A stretch of DNA of 37,026 nucleotides. It comes from Conidiobolus incongruus B7586 (taxonomy: Eukaryota). The stretch is from NCBI GenBank assembly GCA_000697335.1, contig JNEM01011052.1, positions 1 to 37,026 on the forward strand, given 5' to 3'. Shown piece by piece: positions 25,939 through 37,026 of the stretch. Both the position numbers and the translations under genes were made by a program. The notes below the pieces were generated by a model. That model had not been told where the DNA came from. It ran no database searches and was given only the letters and a program-made list of their open reading frames with translations. Numbering within the stretch: the first letter of the stretch is position 1; every line of letters begins with the position of its first letter.

Positions 25939-27506
25939 TACTAACCTGCAAAAATAAGTTATAAAATTAAAAATATATATATTTTAATTAATAACTAAAA
26001 CAATTATATATATTAGGTTACTTGAAACTATAATATATAATTAAAGTATATAATTTAATAATAAATAAATATATTTAAATATATTTAGTAAACTATTAGC
26101 AAAAATATTAACCTTTAATATTTAACTAAAGTAAGTTATAAATTTATAGGTTTTTGAGATAAAGGGATATATTTAATAATATATAACTATATCTTTTTTC
26201 TCTTTTTGCTATTATTTTATATAATATTTTATAGATATACTAAATTTTTTTATTAGTATTATTATATTTAAATCCCTCTTTAAAAAAATCTATTTATATA
26301 TTAATCAATTTTATAAAGAAAATAAATCAACTTATAATATTGCTAGAATTACTAGTGTTAGTTAGTTTATTATAGTTAAAGTTATTAAGAATAATAATAA
26401 AAAACATTTAAACTTAAACTTAAGTGTGTTAAAATTATAAATAAATATAATAAGAAGTATATTTATAAGTTAGTTAATATAAGCAAGTGTAGTACTATTA
26501 TAGAAATATAACAAAAACTATAAAACTATATAAGAATATTAGTTAACACTAATATTATTATATATACTTTATATTAACATAGATACTACTTATATTTTAA
26601 AAAAAACACTTTTAACTAAAGAAATCCCACTATAAAATTAGGTGGGAGTTTAAATATTATTATTAATATTAAATTAAAATTAATTAGAGTAAAGTTATTT
26701 AATTTAATGAAATAAAAATATACTTTAGTAAATTTAATAAAAAAACTAAATGTTTCAAAAAAAAATATAGAATTACTTTATAACTATTATATTAATCTTA
26801 CCTAAAAATACAATAGTAGGTTAATTATTATTTAAGGATATATATTATTTTTAGGTGTAAAATATCTTTATAAAATTAATAAAGGAATTAATTTTAAAGT
26901 ATACTAAAATATTCTAAACAATAAATTAAAAAAAATATTAAATAGTATAAGTTAAATAAATTTAATATTATTTTCTAGTAAGATAATATCTTTTGTTATA
27001 CTATAACTTTTATTATTAAATATCTTAAATATAACAAGATAATAGTTATAAAATAACTTTTTTAATTTTTTAACCTTAATTTAATTAAATACCTTTAAAA
27101 TTAGTTAAAAAAACTATTAAAGTTTTCCTTTTAGCAAAAAATTTAAATCAACTTTAAAAATATATTTAAGAAGTATAAAATAAAATTAACTTTTTTTAAT
27201 ATAAGAAGTTAGTTGATTTTATACCCCACAAACTTAAAGAAGTTAGAAAAGTTAAAAGTAGATATACTAGGTTTTAATTTTTTTTATCACCAAAAACCTA
27301 TAAATTTATAACTCACCCTAGGTAAAATTTAAAGGTTTATATTTTAGCTAATTAATAGCTATATATTATCATTTAATGATATATATAATTAATAAAAATA
27401 ATAGATTTTAATTATTTAATTTAAGTTTATTTTATTAAATATTAATCAAGTTATTAGTAAAAATATAAGTGTTTTTGATTTTATAACTCACTTTTATAGG
27501 TTAGTG
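25939..27506 (+). mobile_element. Full-length, hypermutated Tc1-family (DD34E) DNA transposon with about 225-bp IR/DR-type terminal inverted repeats (TIRs), 1568 bp
   Basis: Left TIR 25939-26163 (TACTAACCTGCAAAAATAAGTTATAAAA) matches the reverse complement of right TIR 27283-27506 (CACTAACCTATAAAAGTGAGTTATAAAA); TA on both flanks; inner and outer copies of GTRAGTTATAAA; transposase relic inside. Confidence 0.92.
26264..27277 (+). pseudogene. Tc1 transposase pseudogene with many stops and a few frameshifts
   Basis: Reversing T>C and A>G restores WSKVIWSDETKI (D at 26706), KHGGGSIIIWGC (about 26805), IIFQQDNAPCHT (D at 26982), WPPQSPDLNPIEHLW (E at 27087; exactly 34 codons between D and E) and C-terminal MPHRLKEVRKAKGGYTRF*. 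Start position approximate. Confidence 0.9.
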
Positions 27507-27689
27507 TATTAATAAAAATTAAATTGAATATTTATTATAGAATAATGTTAAATATATCATTCAATGAAAATTAGTTAAATTCTAAATACAATAAAGTTTT
27601 TATAATATCTTTATAATTTATATAAATATATGTATAAAATGTTATAATTCAAATTTAAAATATATAAATAATGTATTATGTTATAACAT

Positions 27690-28140
27690 CTGAAATGATC
27701 TATTTTAACCACAGGGCTATCTTTTCAAGGGGGTGGTGACTTTTTGATAAGTGGCAAAAGTATAACCTTTTCAAGGGTGATTAGTTGTAAGAATACCTGA
27801 ATAAAACACCTTTGAGAATGGATATTAGCTTGGATAAGGCTTAACCTAACAACTCTGTTAGAAGTAATTACCTTATGCTCATAACTTCACAATAACTTGT
27901 GCAAAATATAAATAAGAAGGGGGATATTATTTTTCGGTAGATAGAGCAAAATAAAATGTTTATTATGTGTTAATTCAAACGTATTTTAATACCAATAAAC
28001 TTAGAATAAGCGACCTATTCTAATTAATAGTTAAGTGTGGAGTTTTTGTTGATCGCATGCTTGGCCCGCTTGCTCATTAATATCTTGGTTCAGTGCGTAA
28101 ACCCAAGTTCTTATGATGGGAGACTAGAAATTTGCCCCCA
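27690..28140 (+). other. GC-elevated non-coding island, probable LTR or other TE remnant
   Basis: Sharp compositional edges; repeated CTTTTCAAGGG (27721, 27767); TATAAATA at 27907; AATAAA at about 27949 and 27994; ends in CA; no TSD found. Confidence 0.35.
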
Positions 28141-29482
28141 AAAAATTATTGAATAATAAATATTGATAGACTCATTATTTTAGAATATAAATATTTTAAT
28201 CTATTAACAATTTTTAAAGTTTTTTAATAATTAATTTGGGCATTTTATAACTTTTATATCTTATTATATAATTCAAATTAATGAATTTCAAATGTTTTAA
28301 TATTATAACTTCAGGATAATTAAAATATTAAATTTTTTTTTGCAATTATAATTATTGATAAGATTAATTTTGATAGGAATTTAATTAATTAATACAATTG
28401 AAATAAATTTCAAAAATTTTTAATAGTATTATGTATGGATCTTCAATTGCTCATAATTTATTGATCAATGCTGATTTATTGCAATTTTAAGTTACATTCA
28501 ATAAATATTTTTTGTATTAGTAATATATATATTCTTGTTATAATAAAATAGTTAACCAAATTATTAGACTTTAATTATTTTAAATTAATAGTAAAAAATA
28601 TTTTATTTATATTTATATGATTTGAATAATTTATATAGGCTTTTATTATCCAATCAAATCAAATTTAATTTAATAATTAATCCACTTATTAGAATTATGT
28701 TAAATTTTTGAGGTTTCTCAGTTTCAAATATATTTTAAATACAAGTACCAAGTTAATAGAGATTTTCAATATAAATTAATATATTATGTTAGCTATTATC
28801 CTTTTTGAAGTTATACATTTAATTAATAAAAATATATAATTTATTAAAATATTAATAGAATGTAGAATTTAATAAGAATTGGAATGAATATTTTTAAAGA
28901 ATTCAAACAAAACTTGCAATTAGCGTATATATGATTATATTTTATTACCTAAAATAATTATACAGTTATTATTCTAATATTCACGGATAAGGTTTAGAAG
29001 GTAATATGAATGAATAAAATAATTCTGTATAAATTATATATTTTATATAAATTGGATCAGAATATTATTTTATCAATTAATCTATTCAAAATTAATTAAT
29101 AATAAAAAATTAATATTTGTTGAATATATTTAAATCTTAATATTATTCTTCAAAAGTAGTTTATTCAAGTTTGATTAATAAATGGTGAAGATAAATATTA
29201 TAAATTATCAATTAAATAAAAATTAAGAACTGACAATATTAAAATTAATTTTCAAAATACATACTTTAATTCTATCAATATAAAGCTTTATCAATAATCT
29301 TTTAATATGAAATATAACAAATTTCGTATTTTAATTTAACTCATAATAGCAATTGTAATCATAAATTGAAAAAATCAATAGAATATCAATATAGAATACT
29401 CAATATAAAATTAATAACTAAAAAACATATTTAGATTTCGATACTAAGTAAATATTCAAAACAATTTTATAGTATATTATTA

Positions 29483-29815
29483 TGGTTATCTAGATAATAA
29501 CTCGCCCGAGCATCTTTCCCTCGCCATCTATTTCATTATAGAGATGTTACTCCAGAAGGTACATCACTTTACTCTAAAGGTCTTATTCTCTAAAAGTCCT
29601 ATCTCACATCTATACATTATTTTTAATCGACAATTAGATTATAAAAGAAACAATACTATAAACACAACCAGGGGAGGTCAGTGGATATCTCGCAAAATAA
29701 TAATATACTCACATCTTCTTAGTAAAGCCTTTGATCTATTATTGTCACTTACTAACAGTAGCTTATATGCCTCAGCTACCTATTTCATACATTGCTAGCA
29801 ACCAGAATTGCAACG
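29483..29815 (+). other. GC-elevated non-coding island, possible degenerate LTR
   Basis: Composition shift; TATAAAAG at about 29640; TGGTT (29483) and AACCA (ending 29804) as possible ends, but no TSD. Confidence 0.3.
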
Positions 29816-32800
29816 CTTTTAAATAATGAGAAATACTTCATATTAATAAACCTGAATTGGATTAAAGAAAAATATTTTTACTAAGTTGAGATAATAATTT
29901 TGAAAACAGGATAAAAAAATAAATATAAAAGAAAAAGATAAAAGAAATGAATAATATTATAAAAATAATATAATTAATATTTGATTTATTATTTCGAATT
30001 TATTTATATAATAAAAAATAATTAAGTGAAAAAATTTTATTTTAATCAAATTTATAAAAAGAATATAAATTTATTAATTATTTTTTTTATAAATAATTCA
30101 TTAATCATAGAATAGTAATATTGAATATAATATATAATAAAATGGTATTGGATCTAGAATTTGAATGATATTATAATCATTATTTAAAAAAGATTAAACG
30201 TATCCCCGTGGAGTGTAATTTATTTTACTGTTATTTTCGTATGATCTAGATTGGTTTAAGGTCTTGCAGAAATAAGAGTGGAAAGAGTATTAGAAAGTAA
30301 AATATAATATGATATGATTTAAGAAATAATCTCCTTTATATATATTTATAAATTTTAATGCTTTGATTATAATCTATTTACATTTTTCCTTCAGGATATT
30401 TAGGTGAGCTAGGCTTTTTATGAGTTTTTTTTGGAGCTGTATAAGGTATTTTGAATTATCAAATGATCATTTCAAAAAAAAGATAAATAGGAATCGTGAT
30501 TTAGTATATATTATCTTATATTTATATTTAAATAATAGAGATTAAATTATTACTTGAAACTTATATATTGATATATTAACTTTATATTATCAATTTATAT
30601 CTAATTCGAGTTGAATAAATTTCAAAATTCGAATACCTATAATGCATTGAAACAAATTTTTTCTGAGTACAGAAATATTAAAATTTATCAATAATTTTTG
30701 ATATTATTTTTCATTAATAAATTTTATACACATTAATTATATCTGTAAATGAGATTTTTGATAATATGGATACTCTGAACTAATAACCAATTTCTGCTTC
30801 ATCAGTCTATGCTCTGGTTCACATCAATATAGCATGTTCGCTTACCACAATTATATCATATTTCCCACAATATCATTTTATCCTTTATCTTATCAATTAG
30901 TGGTGAAGTATTTTATGATTGAGTTATACAAATATTGCCAGTAATTTACTTGGCGATAAGTATAACTAATAACATTGCTATTTGTAAGAAAAAAAAGAAA
31001 TATAATAATAAATTTTTCTACTAGTTTTGATACAATTTATATTAATATGTAAAAGCTAACATTTTAACCCCACCAGGCCAAATTTGACTATTATCTTGTT
31101 AAATAAAATATTATTAATAAATTTAGTTAATTCTTTTCAAAAATTTTGATATTAATATTAAATTTTAAAACTTTATCTAATACTTTTAACTTTATTATAA
31201 GATGTAATTAATTCATTATGTAATATTTTAATCCTAACAAAAGTATCTTTGATAAAAATTAAAGCGATAGTTAACTGATATTATATTATAGTTATAATAT
31301 CAGTTGATATTATGAAATACCCAATAAATGTTTACAAATTGTTTATTCAATTGTTAATTATTTTCAAATTTAACCATTCTAACATATTACAATTTTCTTT
31401 TCATTCTCAATTTATTGCGGATTAATATTTCAAATTTTAATATGTTTAATAATGCATCAATGTTATGAAAGATTTATCAAAAATTTTCAAGATCATCCAT
31501 AATATAAATTAATCAGTTTTTGTTTTATTGGATATTAGATTTTTAAATTATAATATATTGTATAATATTGGATATTGAGTCAATCTTAAAATAAATAAAC
31601 AAATAATATTTAAATGATATTGATTAGAATATTATTAAGTTATTTTCAGTTTTACCAATATATCAATTAATATAAGTTCAATTGAATTATTCTTTAATCA
31701 AATATGAATCAACTTAATTGTTTAAGTACATCAATCACCAATAAAAATTTAACTAAAATTAGGCTTAGGTGTGGATCCAAAAAGATACAATTTCGATTAA
31801 TATAATTCAATTGTGATATAATAATATTAACCTATTATATATACTTATAACTAATTAAAAATGAAATAATTCATAATATTAAATCAATAAAAATTTTTTT
31901 TATATTTTATAAAAAAGAGAAATAAAATAAATAAGAATATTATAATTTTATTTTGAATAATATTAATTTTTGCTATTATTAATTTAAAATTTATTGGCTA
32001 GAACTTAATATATATTGAAATAATTCCACTTAAAATATACATGTATATTTTAGTTCTTTTTGTATATTGATCTTGAGTTCAAAATTGAATATTTTTTCTA
32101 TTAATATATATATATATATTTATTATTATTTTTTTGTTTTAATGATATAATAAAGTTTGTGATTATAAAAAGTAAATTAAGAAAAATATTGATAATAATG
32201 ACAAATGAAATTATTTAAAATTTTAAATGATTTGTTAAATATGTGAATTAATTGAAATTTTTTTTCGAACAAAATAGCACCTCTTGTATTCGATTGAAAA
32301 TTGTGGAAATTATTTTTTATCAAATCAAATATTTTAATTTGTTTTTTTTTCCCTTACTTTAAATATTAATCTAACAAATCAATTAAACTTTTTTTAGTTT
32401 AATTTGATTAAAATTTCAAATAGTGTAAACTATGATTTCATCAGAATTTCATTGTTACATAGATGTTTAGAATGTCACCAATAAATTTTACTATTCTAAA
32501 TGTAGTTTGTTTCAAATTATTTGATCCTCTAAGGGAGAATGATTACATCATCGGTTTCGAATTGGGGTGATCGCGTGAGGTGACTCATTTTGGATAGCTC
32601 CAACTTTGATTGAGTGAATTTTCCTCAACTAAACTATATTTTACTTTTGAATATTTTCAAGTTGTTATCAATTTAATAAGAGGTAAAATACGCCGATAAA
32701 CTGATATTCCATCTCATTTTCAATAAGCAGTACCTAATATATATAGAATCTATTAAGTGACTTTAATTAAATCTTTTTAAAATAAGCCAAAATAAATCAG

Positions 32801-33074
32801 TATTTGATACTCCTTTATCCTTGATAGCAAAAATCGCGAATATCAAATAATTTGAAAATAATTTCAAAAGAACATGCCAAGATGTCTATCAATCAAATAA
32901 TAAAAAACTATATAAACTATTTTTTTTATTAAAGGATTAATTAATTCGTTAGTTAGAGCTTAACGAATGTATAGATTATGTACATTATTCTCATTCCTAA
33001 CCGCAGTACCTGGTTTTAAGGCGTTAAATTAATATTTGTTTAAAAATGAGAATAGGGGATGATGGAGGATTGGA

Positions 33075-33737
33075 TTAGCTGGAATTTTGGTATAGAAAAT
33101 AGGAGCATTTCTTGGTTTTCTGATGTCTTCTCCATAAATCATTTCTGTAGAACCCTTGCCCGCAGCTTGGACAACGATATCGATATTCTTTAGTATGAAT
33201 TTTTCTATGTCTAGTTAGGTCATGGTTTCTTGCGAATTTTCTTGAACAATACTCGCAGGTAAAGCGAAGAGGGGGCGGTGATGGTTTCTTGTTTGTTGTT
33301 TCAGATCTCACCTTCTTGATATTAATATCTGAACTCTTCTGATCTAAAGGTATTTGGATTTCGGAGGTCAGACATGATATAGGCGGTAATGTGATAGTTG
33401 AAGAAGTCGAAGAACGAGGGGGAGAAACTATAGGTTTTAAAGGTAAGGGAGGGAGAGTATTATGAAATATATCTTTATCAAAGTGTTCGAGGACTTTTAA
33501 GTGGGGTGAATCGTATTGAAAAGGTGCTGAATCTGACTTATTATATAACAAAGGCGAAGAGTTGTGTTCTGAGTCCATGGTATTGGAAGGTGATTCATTA
33601 GTATTTGAATACGAAGAGGGAAAGAGTGACTTAGCAGCTGAATAAGGGTCTACATCTTCTCGGTGGAGGATGTTCTGTAAGCTACAGGATAAGTGATGGG
33701 AAGACATTGGATTTGAACCCAACTTCAGAGAGGTCAT
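33075..33737 (-). CDS. C2H2 zinc-finger transcription factor, 220 aa, two C-terminal fingers (second ends in Cys, C2HC type)
   Basis: FTCEYCSRKFARNHDLTRHRKIHT and YRCPSCGQGFYRNDLWRRHQKTKKC; Ser/Pro-rich N-terminus with a TLPPIS motif. Confidence 0.92.
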   Translation of the reverse strand: MTSLKLGSNPMSSHHLSCSLQNILHREDVDPYSAAKSLFPSSYSNTNESPSNTMDSEHNSSPLLYNKSDSAPFQYDSPHLKVLEHFDKDIFHNTLPPLPLKPIVSPPRSSTSSTITLPPISCLTSEIQIPLDQKSSDINIKKVRSETTNKKPSPPPLRFTCEYCSRKFARNHDLTRHRKIHTKEYRYRCPSCGQGFYRNDLWRRHQKTKKCSYFLYQNSS

Positions 33738-35149
33738 TAGCTAAACATTAAGAACAAATTGGGCAGATGCACGTGTTATTTATACTTGAAAATCCCATTC
33801 AACTCCATTCAAATCACAGGCTTTGTCGATTTTTGGAAATTCCTAAAATCAAATTTTAATTCGATCGTTTGATGAAGTATCGATATTCTCCTATCAAATT
33901 TGTTTGAACATAGCCTACTCTATACAATATCAAATTGAATTATTAATAAATTTGTTTGTGTTTGAGAAATTTCAAATTCTTAATTTTTACTTCCTTTATT
34001 CATTAAGAATGTTACATCTTTGCATATGTTTCAGTCAATATGAATAAAAATATATAAAAATATTTTTAATATTAAATACTATTTTAATATAATCTAAAAA
34101 AGATATCAAAATATGATTAAAGATAAATATTATAAAGTGTAACTACAATATAAATAAATATCTTGTCTAGAAAATATTTAAAAATTTGAGGCTAATATTA
34201 TTCGATTGATAATTCAATCAACAGATGTGAACTAATTGATTTAAATTTATTTTACATAGCATATTCACTATTAGTCTAAATATATACTATTTAATGTTCT
34301 GTAATAAATATACTACACTTTATTAATAATGAATAACAATTAATATAGTTTAACAAATTGAATAAAATTTTTGCGTCAATTGATCAATAGAAATGATATA
34401 ATTTTTTGTATGTTAAAATCAATTTGGTTCTATATAATAGTCTATTAATGATATTTGATTAAATATCAAGTGATTTATAGTGTTGATAAGATAACTTATG
34501 AATAAATTATTCAATTTAACAACTCTTATAATATCCATTTATTTATCTGACTAATCACTCCTTTTCTGATATCATAATTGAATGTGAATATATTCTGTTT
34601 ATTATTAGGATATGATAAAAATGGATCTAGCTTATAGTGTACAAGATTTAAAAATAAATCAAGTAAATTAATGATATGTAACTGAAAGATAGCTTGATTA
34701 TTTATACATTATATAGAAATTAATAACCATATAAATAGCTAATGAATAATATATAATATATAATTATGATACCTGATTGCTTAAAATACCATATTAAAAT
34801 TCATAATGGGACTTTTATTTCAAATCCCAAATTGAATTCACATGACTATTAATTTCAAGCCTCAAGTTAAATTTAGAATTTTAATTTAAATGACCAATTA
34901 TATCTTTCAAAAAAATTTTTTTTCCAGATTTTCATAAAATTAAAATAAAATAAATTATCAAATATATCAAAAGAGAAATTAAAATATGAATAATATGTTA
35001 AATTTGAAATAATTTTAGGTTTAAATTATTGCGTGATAAAATTTTTTTTATCAAAGTATTATGAAATAAATTTGTACCATTTAGAACTGTATTTCTTGAG
35101 CAATAAATTTTAAATAAAAATTATAAAATTAATTAAAAGTTAATCAGTG

Positions 35150-35178
35150 ATAATAATAATAATAATATTATTATTATG

Positions 35179-35208
<30 letters not shown>
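35150..35208. repeat. (AAT)n followed by (TAT)n trinucleotide microsatellite, head-to-head
   Basis: Direct reading of the sequence. Confidence 0.9.
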
Positions 35209-35211
<3 letters not shown>

Positions 35212-35826
35212 TTTGAGGATTGAAATCTTTAATTTTAGTATTAAGGTATCAAATATATAAAAATAAAAAGTAAAAATATGGATATATTTTTCAATAATTA
35301 AAGTTATATAATTCTATAATAGTACAAACATAATTTATTAATCATTATAAATTATTATCTAAGAATTTTTTAACTTGAATACTACAATATCATTTCTCAA
35401 TATTCTAATTTGAAATTCCTTTAGTTTTCTCTTTTATTGTGCACGTTTAGCCAATTCACATGGTTAAATAAAATTGTAATACATTATTGATAAGATAGAG
35501 TATAAATAGTACTAGAAAGTATATTAATCCATTCTAGAGTTTGCCTGACTTCATTATTAAAGATAGATTCAAAATTATACAACTGATATGTTTAATACAA
35601 TAAATATAGCTTCATTGGATAATATAATGATTATTAAGAATTACTTCATAAGTTTAAAGCATAATTATACAATTGACAAAGAATATACTATTTGGTCTAC
35701 TGACCAAAATATATTTAATAATACAAAATAATGACATTGAGTATATTGAAAATACAATTTCTGAAATAAATGAAATCTTGTGGCATATAAAAAATTTTCT
35801 TTTGTAAATAGGTTAATGAATGTTTA

Positions 35827-36261
35827 TGATAGGAAATGGTCTTGTCAATCACTCAAGAAACTGCGATTACCACTCTGAATCGAGAAGTCACATTGGGAAC
35901 ACTCATTTCCTGAACCAGGTGGTTGTGTTCCTTTCTAACACTGAGCCATTCCTATCCATAAAAATCAATAATGAAAGCTAATATAAGATTATCATGAATG
36001 AACTAATAAACACATCTCTTTTATCTTCATTTCAAAAGCATCCAGTCTCTAATCTTTTCTCATAACCCTCACAAAAGTGTTGAGCCGTAACGAGCGTGAG
36101 ATAATTACTTTACACAAAGAACTCATTTACAGTAAGCCATTTGCACCTCATTTGGCGAACCCCATCAATTTCCCGTAACTCTGTGGTAACCAGTCGTTTA
36201 CCACTGGCGATTCCCCGCTTAAGCTCTTAAAGTCTATTTCCTCCCACAATTACAGTCGACA
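35827..36261 (+). mobile_element. Solo LTR, family A, copy 2 (435 bp)
   Basis: TG...CA termini; 4-bp TSD TTTA (35823-35826 and 36262-36265); TATAAG and AATAAA at positions homologous to copy 1. Confidence 0.88.
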
Positions 36262-36950
36262 TTTATACTAAATTCAAGCATTTCTTTCTATATAACTATA
36301 TGTTATATGAAATTAATATTTTCAATCGTGAATATATTAACAAGGTTGAATAAAAATAAAATTGAATTAAAAATACCAATTTCTAATGTTATTAAATAAG
36401 CAATCAATTATTATAATTTCTAGTAATATTTTTATTATACAATTTGAATAATGTTAAAATTAAAATATTAAGATATATCATAATAATCGCTAAGAATAAA
36501 CTGAAGTTCATTTTAATATATATAAAATTATAACAATTATATTATCCTTTCAAAAATTTAATATCATAATATTACCATTACTAAAGTCTGCCTTCAATTA
36601 ACTATACTATTAGAATATCAAAAGTTGATTTGTCAAATTATATTCAATTCTTTAATGAGTAATATTTGGATACTATTCATATTTTATTAATTTTATATAA
36701 TTCTATTCAATTATTATCCAAATTATAAAATTCTATATTTTAAATATTATTTTATTTATTAATATTGTAGTTTTTATTTAATTAAAATAATAAAAATCAA
36801 TTTCACTTTATTTTTTAAATTATTAACATATTTATTAAATAAAATAATAAAAAATTATATAAATTAGATAATAGCTTAAATTTTGTATCAAAATATTCAT
36901 TACCCTTTTTAACATTTAAAATACTAAATTTTTGAAAATTAAATATAAAT

Positions 36951-36970
36951 TATATATATATATATATATA
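36951..36970. repeat. (TA)10 microsatellite
   Basis: Direct reading of the sequence. Confidence 0.95.
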
Positions 36971-37026
36971 CTATATTTTAAAAGTTTAATATAATATATT
37001 TATAGTAAATATAAAAATCAATATTT

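Noticed and set aside
29544..29798. 84-aa ORF
   Set aside because: No motif; lies inside a probable TE remnant
30195..30330. Possible small secreted-peptide gene on the minus strand
   Set aside because: No ATG-initiated open frame; stops interrupt the candidate frames
1..37026. CRISPR arrays, rRNA and prokaryotic operons
   Set aside because: None seen; the sequence is intron-containing eukaryotic DNA

Overview
Very AT-rich eukaryotic (fungal) genomic DNA with short GT-AG introns, mostly about 50-60 bp. Supported genes: Zn2Cys6 transcription factor, tRNA-Leu(AAG), exocyst subunit Exo84, a UMA+UBA (UBAP1-like) protein, a low-complexity protein with an HPC2/ubinuclein-like motif, cystathionine beta-synthase, a furin-like Cys-rich membrane protein, a 14-3-3 gene built from micro-exons, and a C2H2 transcription factor. 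The gene features suggest an early-diverging (non-Dikarya) fungus, but this is inference only. The intergenic DNA holds at least three solo LTRs with intact target-site duplications (TSDs), a small element bounded by direct repeats, and a full-length Tc1-type (DD34E, IR/DR) transposon at 25939-27506 that the ORF track misses. That transposon has been destroyed by dense C>T and G>A transitions on both strands, mostly at CpA/TpG. This RIP-like signature is the most interesting signal in the window if the host is not a Dikarya fungus. All motif matches were made by eye; no database searches were run.
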